IMG/VR virus record: IMGVR_UViG_3300035670_000085
Location: 1 to 64,000 of that record
Source of the DNA: a virus
Length of the DNA stretch: 64,000 bases
Reading direction: 5' to 3' (one strand)
The notes below the pieces were generated by a model. That model was given only the letters and a program-made list of their open reading frames with translations. It was not told the DNA's origin and did not search any database. How positions within the stretch are numbered: the first letter of the stretch is position 1; every line of letters begins with the position of its first letter. This document shows, piece after piece, positions 21,697-32,004 of the stretch. The position numbers and the translations under genes were made by a program.

Positions 21697-21945
21697 TTAA
21701 TCTATTCCAATTATATTTCCATCAGAGTCTAAATGGAAAACATGAAATTCAATAACATATCCTCCAAAACTATTATTAACTCGATATTTATGCTGGACAT
21801 GGTACTGTCCTTTTGGTGTTGTGTCTTTAACTACTGGACCCCATGCAATAGACTGATAACTGTCATGATCCTTCAAATTATATTTTAAATATTGTTCTAC
21901 TTGTCTGACACTTCCATTTAAAGACAGAGTAATACTCATACACAT
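21697..21945 (-). CDS. hypothetical protein
   Basis: ORF with GGAG RBS; HKYRVNNSFGG motif. Confidence 0.55.
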   Translation of the reverse strand: MCMSITLSLNGSVRQVEQYLKYNLKDHDSYQSIAWGPVVKDTTPKGQYHVQHKYRVNNSFGGYVIEFHVFHLDSDGNIIGID

Positions 21946-21961
21946 TCTCCTTTTTTAAATT

Positions 21962-22387
21962 TTAAATTTCTTGAGCACGTTTATAAGCATGCTCCCAGTA
22001 TTTACTATTTTTATATATTTCATGAAAATGTTCATCCATCTCATTTTGTATTTTATATTGCAGTTCTTTTTCCCAAAAAGTCAAATCTGCTTGATGCCAG
22101 TAGCAAACTGAAACACTATCAAAATTTAACATTACATCAAGATCTTCAACTGGTGAAAAATAACAATAACCTTTTCCCTGATAAAATTTAAATCCATACT
22201 CTTTAGCCATTCGTTTAATGTCATGTATTGAATAATTTTTCATTTTTTTTTCTCGTTTTACTTTTAATTTATCCACACTTTCCCAATCTGGGTGCTTTTT
22301 TAAAAATTCTATGATTGCATCTTCTTTGGAAGTAGCAACTACCCGGTCGATAATTCCACTTGGATATTGCATAATTTTATAAATCAT
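21962..22387 (-). CDS. hypothetical protein
   Basis: ORF in an early-type minus-strand cluster. Confidence 0.55.
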   Translation of the reverse strand: MIYKIMQYPSGIIDRVVATSKEDAIIEFLKKHPDWESVDKLKVKREKKMKNYSIHDIKRMAKEYGFKFYQGKGYCYFSPVEDLDVMLNFDSVSVCYWHQADLTFWEKELQYKIQNEMDEHFHEIYKNSKYWEHAYKRAQEI

Positions 22388-22404
22388 TTTGATTCTCTCT
22401 TTTT

Positions 22405-22623
22405 TTATATCTCTTTTTTATTATAAGCTATACCATTAGATCTTGAAGCAGAAGCAGAAATTAAACCTTTTGTCCCGCCTTGATGATTTACAACAACTCT
22501 TTCTCCATCTTTTTCTAAAATAGCATATTTATAAGTATTAGAGTTTATTCTGTTTTCCCCGTAGTTAATTAAAACCCATCCTTGATTTTTTAATTCTGCT
22601 ACTTTGTTATCTAATCTGCTCAT
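22405..22623 (-). CDS. hypothetical protein
   Basis: AGGAG RBS; sigma70-like promoter at about 22661-22690. Confidence 0.6.
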   Translation of the reverse strand: MSRLDNKVAELKNQGWVLINYGENRINSNTYKYAILEKDGERVVVNHQGGTKGLISASASRSNGIAYNKKEI

Positions 22624-22720
22624 TTTGTTTCTCCTTAGTCCTTAATCTCATCTTACATTTATAATATACACATTACTTTTGGAAAAGTAAAATAATTTTT
22701 TAAAAAATTTTAATTTTTTT

Positions 22721-23335
22721 TCAATCTTCATATACATCAGCAGTATATATATCACGAACTTTTTTATAATCTTCTTGAGTAATTTCAAAATTCCAGATAG
22801 GAACAGGAGATTCAATAGTTTCTTCTCCATTTTTACTTGCAGCAAAACTTCCATAATGCATAATACTATTATAATCATAAGGATATTTAGTATAATCATA
22901 CGACCAATATTCTTTAGGAAAAATATCAAATTGATCTTTCCAACTAGATTTAATATTTTCATAATGAATAGTAATATAATTATCCCTATCTGGACGTTGA
23001 TGTTCATGAGGAAGTCCAATAGTATGACCAAGTTCATGTTGAACTATATATAAAATTATATTCGACAATTTAATATACGGGTATTCCATGAAACCTACAG
23101 TTGAACAATTTTCATTTGACCTTTGAATAATAACCACATTGACATTACATTCTGTTTTTATAAATTTAATATCTGTACTTTTTTCCCAACTTTCCATAGC
23201 ATATTCAATGATATATTGTTCAGAAGAAGTGAATGAACTACCATAACAATAAGGAATTTCTCCTGCAGGCCACACATCTATTTGTGGAGCACATTTAACA
23301 AAGATAAATAATAATAGAAACAAATATTTTTTCAT
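22721..23335 (-). CDS. second astacin (M12A) metalloprotease, predicted lipoprotein
   Basis: HELGHTIGLPHEHQRPDRD, YDYNSIMHY, MKKYLFLLLFIFVKC lipobox-like. Confidence 0.9.
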   Translation of the reverse strand: MKKYLFLLLFIFVKCAPQIDVWPAGEIPYCYGSSFTSSEQYIIEYAMESWEKSTDIKFIKTECNVNVVIIQRSNENCSTVGFMEYPYIKLSNIILYIVQHELGHTIGLPHEHQRPDRDNYITIHYENIKSSWKDQFDIFPKEYWSYDYTKYPYDYNSIMHYGSFAASKNGEETIESPVPIWNFEITQEDYKKVRDIYTADVYED

Positions 23336-23529
23336 TAATAAATCTCCAATCTAATGTTATTAGTATTTGATGGAACAAAAAGGATAGCTTTACGAATAGA
23401 ACCATAAGAAATATATGACAAATCGGGAGTAAAAATTTGCTTATTTGGCATAACAATTCCTACAGATTCCTTATCTCTGATAGCATCAGTAATTTCAATA
23501 CCAGAATTATTGTGTTTATACAATCTCAT
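23335..23529 (-). CDS. hypothetical protein (start reassigned to MRLYKH)
   Basis: AAGGAG RBS before ATG 23529; the longer track ORF overlaps the promoter. Confidence 0.55.
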   Translation of the reverse strand: MRLYKHNNSGIEITDAIRDKESVGIVMPNKQIFTPDLSYISYGSIRKAILFVPSNTNNIRLEIY

Positions 23530-23542
23530 TTTGATTCTCCTT

Positions 23543-23582
23543 ATATATACAATATAATATAATACCATGGAAAAGTAAACAA
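23543..23582 (-). promoter_or_regulatory. early-type sigma70-like promoter containing the 19-mer TATATTATATTGTATATAT
   Basis: Identical 19-mer also at 59072-59090 and 61211-61229; TTGTTT-17-TATTAT. Confidence 0.65.
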
Positions 23583-23750
23583 TTTTTTTTAAAAAAGTGA
23601 ATTTTTTTTTATTTTTTTATAAATTTATACTAATAAATATGAAGATATACCGATTCTTTTTAATATCCGGGGGGTGTTTCGCCGCTCGTATATCTTTAAA
23701 TTTTAGGTTTAATCTTCATAAAATAATTAAAATTTTATGAGGTATTTCAA

Positions 23751-24023
23751 ATGGCTATAACAGCAACTCCTATTAAATCAGTTCCGGTTATGTACAAAGT
23801 TACTGTACCTTCTGGAACAACTGGTACAGAGGTCATCACAATAAAAAGCAGCCCACTTCCAACTTCTAATTTCTATTATACTTGTCAAGTAAAAGATTCT
23901 ACTGGTGCTGAAAAAGCATCTATTACTTCTGTATATGACAAAGCAACTGGAGAAATGACAGTAAGTTCTACATTAGCTTATCTTGATGTAGTAACTATTG
24001 CAGGGTCATGGACAACGAAATAA
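23751..24023 (+). CDS. small Thr/Val-rich virion protein (paralog 1)
   Basis: Late promoter at 23628; MAITATP...VITIKSSPLPT...YDKATG. Confidence 0.65.
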   Translation: MAITATPIKSVPVMYKVTVPSGTTGTEVITIKSSPLPTSNFYYTCQVKDSTGAEKASITSVYDKATGEMTVSSTLAYLDVVTIAGSWTTK

Positions 24024-24050
24024 TTAGAAAGTTAAAACGAGGAAAATAAA

Positions 24051-24317
24051 ATGGCTATAACAGCAACAGTTTTAAGAGGTTTTCCTGTAATGTATACCGG
24101 TACGGTGACGAGCATTACGGGAACAGAATTGGTGACTATAAAAAGTGCACCACTTCCAACGAATAGTTTCTATTTCATATATAAAGTAAAAACAGCAGCC
24201 GGAGCAAATAGAGCAGGTACATCTGCTGTATATGATAAAACAACTGGTGTGATGACTCTCACAGGCGTTACGGCAACGGATGTAGTAACTATAGAAGGTA
24301 TGTGGGTAACAGTTTAA
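24051..24317 (+). CDS. small Thr/Val-rich virion protein (paralog 2)
   Basis: MAITATV...LVTIKSAPLPT...YDKTTG; tandem duplicate of the previous gene. Confidence 0.65.
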   Translation: MAITATVLRGFPVMYTGTVTSITGTELVTIKSAPLPTNSFYFIYKVKTAAGANRAGTSAVYDKTTGVMTLTGVTATDVVTIEGMWVTV

Positions 24318-24330
24318 TTTTGTACTAATA

Positions 24331-24360
24331 TTTAGAGGAGTGAAACATCTCCTCTAAAAT
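24331..24360 (+). terminator. hairpin/terminator
   Basis: TTTAGAGGAG / CTCCTCTAAA. Confidence 0.6.
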
Positions 24361-24390
24361 TATTATTACTAATAATAAAAGGAAAATATT

Positions 24391-25419
24391 GTGAACCAAA
24401 CATACGGAAATCTATATTATCAAACTTTAACTGATTATCCTCCACAAGTTTTATCTATTCTGACAAGATTAAAATTATATCTTGCTGGAAAATTATTTTA
24501 TGAAAATACATTAGAGGATGCGCAAGCTAAATTTTTAGTTGGCGATATCATAAATGGTGCAAGCGACGCAGGAATTGATGCCGCGATACAATTTTTTCAA
24601 TTATCTAATGTTGTATTTCCGTTTGCAGTATACGGTTACGATATGACAGAACGATTAGATGAAAAAGTTACTCATTTGCAACGTTCAGGAAAATATTATG
24701 ATAGTACTTTAGGTAAATATGTTGATAGTAAACCTGTTAAAATGATTGTTCCTTATATTTTCTTTTTTAATAATCCAAAAGATTATTATAATGCTCAAAA
24801 AATAATCCATTCTTTTAGTGACAGTTTATCTAAATTAGACGTTCCAATTCTCATAGATGCAGTAACATATTCTTTTTCTATACAAGTTAAATTTACGATG
24901 GAAAGAGGAAGTTATAGTTCTGCTTTTCAAGAGCATTTACGAACAGGTGCAATTTTTGATATTGTTCTTAATGCTGAAGTTACTTATAATGATTTGACAA
25001 CTTCAAGTTTAAATATGTATCCAGTTGATGATATGATTTTATCATTATATAAAATGGACGAAGAAAATGATATTTATAATGTTTTAGAGGGACAAGTTAC
25101 TGCTCCAGACACACCAGCTTTAACAACAACTATTCCTGCTAATGGAGCAATAGGTGTAGCAAAAAATACTGACATTACAATAAATTTTACTGCCAGTATG
25201 GAACCATCGTCAGTAATTGATGCTCTTTCCCTAACACCTTATTTTTCTTATACTGCTGAATGGAATGATACCGGAACACAATTAATTATTACCCCAGTGA
25301 CAAATTTAGCAAGTCTTACTTTATACAATATAATAATTTTAAAAAGTTGTTTTGGTTTTTATAACAAAGAACACCCAGAAGAAGATTTAGTATTTACTTT
25401 TACAACAGGAAGTATTTAA
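24391..25419 (+). CDS. putative tail-completion/structural protein with C-terminal Big_5 Ig-like domain
   Basis: TIPANGAIGVAKNTDITINF...L.ITP...L...T.Y...FTFTT; late promoter at 24367. Confidence 0.6.
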   Translation: MNQTYGNLYYQTLTDYPPQVLSILTRLKLYLAGKLFYENTLEDAQAKFLVGDIINGASDAGIDAAIQFFQLSNVVFPFAVYGYDMTERLDEKVTHLQRSGKYYDSTLGKYVDSKPVKMIVPYIFFFNNPKDYYNAQKIIHSFSDSLSKLDVPILIDAVTYSFSIQVKFTMERGSYSSAFQEHLRTGAIFDIVLNAEVTYNDLTTSSLNMYPVDDMILSLYKMDEENDIYNVLEGQVTAPDTPALTTTIPANGAIGVAKNTDITINFTASMEPSSVIDALSLTPYFSYTAEWNDTGTQLIITPVTNLASLTLYNIIILKSCFGFYNKEHPEEDLVFTFTTGSI

Positions 25420-25421
25420 TA

Positions 25422-26255
25422 ATGTATGGTATTATATACAAAGCCACCAATAATAAAAATGGAAAAGTATATATTGGGCAAACTATCGATACACTAGTAA
25501 AAAGAAAAAACTCACATAAAAATCCAGATAAAAAAAGAAAAAAATCTTATTTTTATAATTCAATAAAAAAATATGGTTGGGAAAATTTTGAATGGGAAAT
25601 TTTAGAATATTGTGATTCAAAAGATGAATTAGACCAAACAGAAATTTTTTATATTTGGTTTTATTGTTCTTTAAATAAAAAATATGGGTATAATATAAGA
25701 GATGGTGGTGCTAGAGGAAAACAAGCAGAATCTTCAAAAAAGAAAAGTAGTAAAAGTCATAAGGGTTTACCAGTTTGGAACAAGGGTAAAAAATTAGAAA
25801 ATCATTGCTGGTGTAAAGGTAAAACAAAAGAAACTTGTGATATTTTATTTAAAGCAGGAATAAAAATATCTAAAATTAGAAAAGAAAAAAAATTAGGATG
25901 TGGGTCTAATAATGGAATGTATGGTAAACATCATACAAAAGAAACAAAATTAAAACTAAAAGAAAAAAAATTTAATAAATCTATAACAATTGAAAAAATT
26001 TTAGAATTACAACAACAAGGATTTACACAAATAGAAATAGCAATAGAATTATTTTGTAGTGAAAAAACAATTAGAAATCGATTAAAACAATATAAAAAAG
26101 AAGGGAATATAGAAAAAAATATTATTGATAATACTCAAATTTTAAAATTATTAGAAAGTGGATTAAATTATGCACAAATTGCAAAAGAACTTAGTTGTTC
26201 TCCTCCTACTATCAGAAATAGACTTAAAAAAATGAAAGAAAACGGTACAATATAA
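25422..26255 (+). mobile_element. GIY-YIG homing endonuclease with NUMOD3 and HTH domains
   Basis: GIIYKATN..NGKVYIGQT, GYNIRDGG, NGMYGKHHT.ET, two HTH. Confidence 0.9.
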
Positions 26256-26257
26256 TT

Positions 26258-26848
26258 ATGAAAAGATATAAACCATTATTTGAAGCAGAAGATTATAGAG
26301 GGGATCACAGGGCTCCGGTCAAAGATGATGCACCTTTATATGATGTAACTTTAAATGGAATTTATCCAGAAGATATTTATTCTTCTCATGGTGTACAATA
26401 TTATGGAGACGGACAACCTTATGATAATCAAACTATGAATATCATTCATGCATATCATAATAAACCAAATGAAAAAATAAAAATTTATAGAGCTGTTCCA
26501 AAAGTTTTATTTTTATCAAATGAAGAACAAATTAAAGAATATGAAGCACAGAAAAAATATATATTGAAAACAGGTAAGATTCCAAGATCAGTTACTAATT
26601 GGAGTGATAAATCAGAATATTATGATTTTATAAGTGATGAGATAGATAGATTAAAAAAATTACCATCAAATCAAGAAGAAAAGATTAGAATTAATAGTGG
26701 TGATTGGGTAGCCATAACACCACAATATGCCAAAGAACATGGTAAACATTCACTAAATAATAAATTTAGAATTTTATCAAAAGTTGTATCTGATAAAGAT
26801 ATTTTTACTGATGGTAATTCCATACATGAGTGGGGATATGTAAAATGA
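26258..26848 (+). CDS. MKRYKPLFE-tagged protein, putative ADP-ribosyltransferase-like fold
   Basis: Tag; KIYRAVP...INSGDWVAIT..YAKEHG...EWGY (R-[ST]-E arrangement). Confidence 0.5.
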   Translation: MKRYKPLFEAEDYRGDHRAPVKDDAPLYDVTLNGIYPEDIYSSHGVQYYGDGQPYDNQTMNIIHAYHNKPNEKIKIYRAVPKVLFLSNEEQIKEYEAQKKYILKTGKIPRSVTNWSDKSEYYDFISDEIDRLKKLPSNQEEKIRINSGDWVAITPQYAKEHGKHSLNNKFRILSKVVSDKDIFTDGNSIHEWGYVK

Positions 26849-27384
26849 CAAGTCCTAAAGATGAATTAGCTGCTGCTATTGCAGGACCACTACGAACACT
26901 TCAAGATGCTAAACTTGAATTATTAGGAACAAGTACACAATTACTTCGTATAAGTCGTGCTCCAGCAGACGATTTTGGTTTTAAAACTGCTTCTTACAGT
27001 TCACAAACCATTGATGATTGTATCATTCAATATCCAATGCAAAAAATTTGGTTAGCACAAAATAGAACTGGAACGGGAAATAGTACAGTAACAAACGTAA
27101 AAGCTATAAACTTATCTGAAATTTTACCAGTGACTCTTTATATAAAATTTAATGGTAATATTAATAATGCACCAGTAGCTTTAACAGAAGGGGATATTGT
27201 TGTTGATGTTATACGAGATGATAAATACAATAAGGTAGCAATACGAATGGAAGTTGAGAAAATTATGGGGAGCTTCTTCGGGAAACAATTTATTGGCCGT
27301 TACGCAGAACTTAGTCTTTCTAGAAAGGAATATTCGTCTACAATAGAAACACTTATTACTTCTTTTGTTAATTCTTTTCCATAA
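26845..27384 (+). CDS. putative head-completion/neck structural protein
   Basis: Late context and composition; likely start MTSPK by ATGA coupling. Confidence 0.4.
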   Translation: MTSPKDELAAAIAGPLRTLQDAKLELLGTSTQLLRISRAPADDFGFKTASYSSQTIDDCIIQYPMQKIWLAQNRTGTGNSTVTNVKAINLSEILPVTLYIKFNGNINNAPVALTEGDIVVDVIRDDKYNKVAIRMEVEKIMGSFFGKQFIGRYAELSLSRKEYSSTIETLITSFVNSFP

Positions 27385-27447
27385 AAATAAAAATATATAA
27401 ATTTTTTACAAAAATCCTATATATTATTATTAATAGGATAAAATCGC

Positions 27448-28425
27448 ATGTATGGATTAATTTATAAAGTAACAAATATTCAAAATAGAAAAGTTTACAT
27501 AGGACAAACTACTCGTTCTTTAGAAAAAAGAAAAAAAGAACATATTAAAGATGCAATAAACGAAAAATATGTAATACCTTTTCATAATGCTCTTAGAAAA
27601 TATGGTGCATATAATTTTAAATGGGAAATTCTTGGATATTGTAAAACAATAGAAGAATTAAATGATTCAGAAGAATCTTGTATTAATTTTTATCAAAGTG
27701 TAAATAAAATTTACGGATATAACGTGAAATTTGGTGGAAATAATTATACTTTATCTCAAGAAACAAAAGATAAAATAGGAAAAGCAAATAAAGGTAAATC
27801 AACGTGGACTAAAGGCCGAAAATTATCAGAAGAACATAGAAAAAATATTGGGTTAGGGAATTCAAATCCCACAGAAGAAACAAGACAAAAACACCGTAAT
27901 GCAAATTTAGGAAAACACCATCCCCAAAAAACTAAACAAAAACTTCGTGAAGCAAATTTAGGAAAAAAACAATCCGAAGAAACAATTAAAAAACGTAGTG
28001 AATCTTTAAAAAAACAAACTCCAGAAATGAAAGAAAAAAGAAGACGAAGCCTAACTGGAAAAAAACGTACTAATGAAGTTCGCCAAGCTATAAGTACCAG
28101 AATGAGGGGTGTAAAAAAATCTGAAGAACATAAACAACATATGAGAGAAGCAAATATCAAATATTTTATTAGTTCTGAAGATATGCAAAAAATATTAAAT
28201 AAAATTTTTATTGAAGGAATTACTATAAAAGATGTAGCAAAAGAATATAAAATTTCTTATAGCCCTTTGTATAAAAGGATTCAAGAGGTTATAAAAGATC
28301 AATCAGAAAAATATCCTTCTCTTAATAAAAAAACAGAAAAAACAAAAGAAAAAATAAGACAATCTGTTATTAATCACAATCAATTAAAAAAATTAAATCA
28401 AGCAATAATTGAATATATTTTTTAA
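27448..28425 (+). mobile_element. GIY-YIG homing endonuclease with NUMOD3 repeats
   Basis: GLIYKVTN..NRKVYIGQT, GYN, repeated GKK.SEE motifs. Confidence 0.9.
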
Positions 28426-29105
28426 ATTTCCATAGTTTCTGTATTTGCATCCTTTGAGATAAACTTATTTACCTTTTCATTTGTAAATAATCTTGGTAAT
28501 AAATATAATACACAATGTAGTGCGGTTTTATCGAAGTATAATAAAAATTTTGGATTTGTTTCTCGTGGTGGTTTATTAAGGCAAGTTAACGGACCAAATA
28601 ATGTTCCTTCTTTCTTACATACCCACATGAGATTGAACAGAAATTGAGCTTGAATTCCTCTTCTTATATTCATATTAGTTATTCGTAGATTTTCTTTTTT
28701 AATCCTCTCTTTTTCTTCAGGAGTTTTTCCTTCTGATATTTTCTTTTTGCTTTTAACCCATTTATAATTAGAACCGGTTCTCCATCTAAAAGGACTATCG
28801 AATCCTAATTCCCATTGATGGAATAAAAATGTCACTGGAAAATAATGGTTTTTTAATGTATCTGTTTTAACATATGAAGTTGGCGAAGATCTTACTTTAA
28901 AAACAATTTTCACATCTCTACCAGATTGTTCATAGGATTTAGTATTTGGATTCCATTTTAAATTTTTTTTTATTGTTATTCGACCACCAACCACATCTAT
29001 TTTTTCTCTTCGTGCTTTGTTATCAACTCTTGAACCATACAATTGATTTGATATATATAATACTTCTCTAATAGTCCAATCTTTATTTGTTAATCTATTG
29101 CCCAT
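28422..29105 (-). CDS. hypothetical late protein
   Basis: GAGGTG RBS and minus-strand TACTAATA at 29128-29135. Confidence 0.6.
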   Translation of the reverse strand: MGNRLTNKDWTIREVLYISNQLYGSRVDNKARREKIDVVGGRITIKKNLKWNPNTKSYEQSGRDVKIVFKVRSSPTSYVKTDTLKNHYFPVTFLFHQWELGFDSPFRWRTGSNYKWVKSKKKISEGKTPEEKERIKKENLRITNMNIRRGIQAQFLFNLMWVCKKEGTLFGPLTCLNKPPRETNPKFLLYFDKTALHCVLYLLPRLFTNEKVNKFISKDANTETMEI

Positions 29106-29277
29106 TAAAATACACCTCTCATATGTTTATTAGTATGTTTATTTTTTTTGTATATTTTTGAAAAAAGTGTAAATTTTATATAAATCAATTATATATTCTC
29201 TAATAAGAAATATAAGATTTTTTGATGTAAAATAGTTTTTATACTAATAAATATAAAGATTTAAATGAGGTACTTTT

Positions 29278-31755
29278 GTGGATATTACCAAAGAAGACTT
29301 GATTAAATTGTTACAAGAAGAACAGAAAAAATATGAAAAAGATAATCCAAATGAGATAATTACAAGAAATTTTTTTAGAAGAATTACAGATAATAAATAT
29401 GAAAATGAAATTGAATTATTATTTAGAACATTTTCAAATTATAAAAAAGAAGCAGGATTAAAAAAGAAAAAAAGTACAAAAGGATCAGATGTTCCTTTTA
29501 TTCAGAGAAATGAAGATAAAAATAGAAATAAAAGGTATTTTATATCAGCAATTATAGCTGGTGCAGATATAAATATTGATTTTTTAGAAAGTGTTGAATC
29601 TTATTGTAAAATAAATAATACCGAATTTTTGTTGATACCTATGAGAGGCGTTAAACGTAAAGATGAGTTTTCAACAGAAATATTAGATAAATATTCTAAA
29701 TATTTTGTAAGTGATATAAAATTTAATAATAATTTGAGAGCATTGGATTTTTGTTTAAGTCCGGAACAAGTATTACCTTTGACCGGATTATCTCGATTTG
29801 GTAAAAAAGAATCTTCTATTATTCTTGCCTCACCAAAACAGATGCTACTTTCAATACCAAAGAAAAAAGAATCTTTACCACATATTATATTAAGTACTGG
29901 AACTATTTGTGAACCAGAATATAATTATACAAAAATGGGTAGAATGGCATCACAAGATAATGTCGTTGGTGGATTGATTGTTGAAATTAGAAATAAAGAT
30001 ATCTTTCATATAAGACATATTAGATCGGATAAAGATGGTGGTTTTCAAGATTTAGATTGTTATTATAAAGGAAACACAATTAAAAAAATTCCAGCAGAAT
30101 GTATTTCTATTGAACCACATTATGGTGTTGAAGATGATACTGCTCTTCAATCTATTAAAGATCTTGTGAAATTAACACAATGTAAACGAGTTTTATTTCA
30201 TGACATTATGGATTGTAGAAGTGTTAATCCCCATGAGCAAAAAAGTACTTCAATGAAATATTATCGTCCAGAGAATCAGAGAACATTAGAAAATGAATTA
30301 AATCATTTAAAAAATAAATTGATTGAATGGAATACTGAATTTCCTAAACTTGAATTAAAAGTAGTAGCATCTAATCACGAACAATTTATAAGAAGATACC
30401 TAGAATCAGGTGATTTTATAACTGATACTCATAATGCCTATCTTGGATGTGAACTTTTGCAAGCTATATTAAGACGACAAAATCCAATTGAATATTATAT
30501 TCATTCAAGAAAAGATAAAAAAGTAAAAAATTTAACTTTCTTTAAAGAGGATGAAAGCTTCTCTATAAATGGTATTGAATTGAATACACACGGTCATTTT
30601 GGTTCGAATGGTTCCAGAGGAAGTAATATATCTCTAGAAACTATAAACGGAAAATCTACATCGGGCCATTGTTTTAGTGATGATACGGAAATCTTAACTA
30701 AACGTGGGTGGATTTTAGGTTTACAGTTAAAAGAAGACGATGAAGTTGCAACGATGAATAAACAAACTCAAGTAATGGAATGGAATAAAATAAATAAATA
30801 TTTTGAATATGAAAATTATAAGGAATTATATCATATTCAAAATAAACATTTTGATTTGCTTGTAACAGATGAACATGGTTTACTTTTTAAAGACCATTAT
30901 AATAATTTGAGAGAAACTTCAGCTAAAAAACTATTTGATACTTCAAAAAAGAGAGGAAAATTTATTATTGCTGTTGATAGAGTTGATGGTATAGAATATA
31001 ATGAAAAAGAATTACAAATGATTGTTCAAATAGTAACAGATGGCACTTTTGCCAAAAATTCAATTCGTTGGCATTTAAAAAAAGAAAGAAAAATTAATAG
31101 ACTATGTGAAATATTATCTGCCTTTAATTATGTATTTTCTGTAAAAAAATATTCAGATGGGACCACATGTATTAATCTTTCTGCAAAAGATTCTAAATAT
31201 TGGATAGAATTATTAAATAATAGAAAAGTTTTGCCCCAATGGATTAGAAAACTAAATAAAGAATGTGCAGAAATAGTATTTAAAGAATATGCAATTACCG
31301 ATGGCCATCAAGCCTCTCAAAATAGTATTCAGATTGCTTCCTCTAAAGAAGAAGAAATTGATATTCTACAAGAATTGGCGGTATTAAATGGATTTCGGTC
31401 ATCAAAAATATATAGAGAACGTAATAGATTATGTTTATCTGTTTCTACTTTTTCTACGTCTACGTTTTCTAAATCTCGAAGTCAAATTACAAAAGAAAAC
31501 TATAATGGTAAAGTTTGGTGTGTTAGTGTTGACAACGGAACAGTTATTGTACGTAGAAATGGAAAAACTTGTGTTACTTTAAATTCTCATACTCCCACTA
31601 TTTTTAGAGATGTATATGTATCTGGCTGTGCATGTAAACTGCAGCAAGATTATAATTCAAAATCAGCTTCTTCGTGGCTTCATGGAGCAGTTGTACAATA
31701 TCAAAATGGAAATAGACAACTAATAATTATTATTGATGGAAAATGGAAAATATGA
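29278..31755 (+). CDS. metallophosphoesterase-fold nuclease resembling T5 A1, intein-containing
   Basis: FHD..D, SNHE, HGH.GSNGSRG, and GH|SH motifs after removing the intein. Confidence 0.7.
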   Translation: MDITKEDLIKLLQEEQKKYEKDNPNEIITRNFFRRITDNKYENEIELLFRTFSNYKKEAGLKKKKSTKGSDVPFIQRNEDKNRNKRYFISAIIAGADINIDFLESVESYCKINNTEFLLIPMRGVKRKDEFSTEILDKYSKYFVSDIKFNNNLRALDFCLSPEQVLPLTGLSRFGKKESSIILASPKQMLLSIPKKKESLPHIILSTGTICEPEYNYTKMGRMASQDNVVGGLIVEIRNKDIFHIRHIRSDKDGGFQDLDCYYKGNTIKKIPAECISIEPHYGVEDDTALQSIKDLVKLTQCKRVLFHDIMDCRSVNPHEQKSTSMKYYRPENQRTLENELNHLKNKLIEWNTEFPKLELKVVASNHEQFIRRYLESGDFITDTHNAYLGCELLQAILRRQNPIEYYIHSRKDKKVKNLTFFKEDESFSINGIELNTHGHFGSNGSRGSNISLETINGKSTSGHCFSDDTEILTKRGWILGLQLKEDDEVATMNKQTQVMEWNKINKYFEYENYKELYHIQNKHFDLLVTDEHGLLFKDHYNNLRETSAKKLFDTSKKRGKFIIAVDRVDGIEYNEKELQMIVQIVTDGTFAKNSIRWHLKKERKINRLCEILSAFNYVFSVKKYSDGTTCINLSAKDSKYWIELLNNRKVLPQWIRKLNKECAEIVFKEYAITDGHQASQNSIQIASSKEEEIDILQELAVLNGFRSSKIYRERNRLCLSVSTFSTSTFSKSRSQITKENYNGKVWCVSVDNGTVIVRRNGKTCVTLNSHTPTIFRDVYVSGCACKLQQDYNSKSASSWLHGAVVQYQNGNRQLIIIIDGKWKI
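30670..31584 (+). mobile_element. intein (305 aa) with LAGLIDADG-like endonuclease
   Basis: Block A CFSDDTEILT, block B LLVTDEH, IVTDG and YAITDG blocks, block F/G VWCVSVDNGT...VTLN followed by Ser. Confidence 0.9.
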
Positions 31756-31994
31756 GTGAACAAATTAAATTAATACAAATTAAACCAGGTATTTACACTT
31801 CTTCTATTACGAGAGACAATTTAAGTTTTATTGAGCTTTCAGAAAAAATTGAAAATCCAATAAAAAATAAAAATAAAGAAGATTTTTCTAATATTAATAA
31901 ACTTACAAAAGAGGAAAGTGACAGACTTTTAGAAGAATGTTGGAATGAAACAGTTAAGAATTATGGTGATGTTTTAACTGCTTTATCAAAATAA
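31752..31994 (+). CDS. hypothetical protein
   Basis: ATGA-coupled ORF. Confidence 0.5.
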   Translation: MSEQIKLIQIKPGIYTSSITRDNLSFIELSEKIENPIKNKNKEDFSNINKLTKEESDRLLEECWNETVKNYGDVLTALSK

Positions 31995-32004
31995 AAGGTA
32001 GGCA

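Noticed and set aside
28422-29105. Homology to SWIM protein 42213 via IVFKVRSSPTSY versus IFVFKSSPTY
   Set aside because: The match is too short and the zinc ligands are not evident; it needs a profile comparison.
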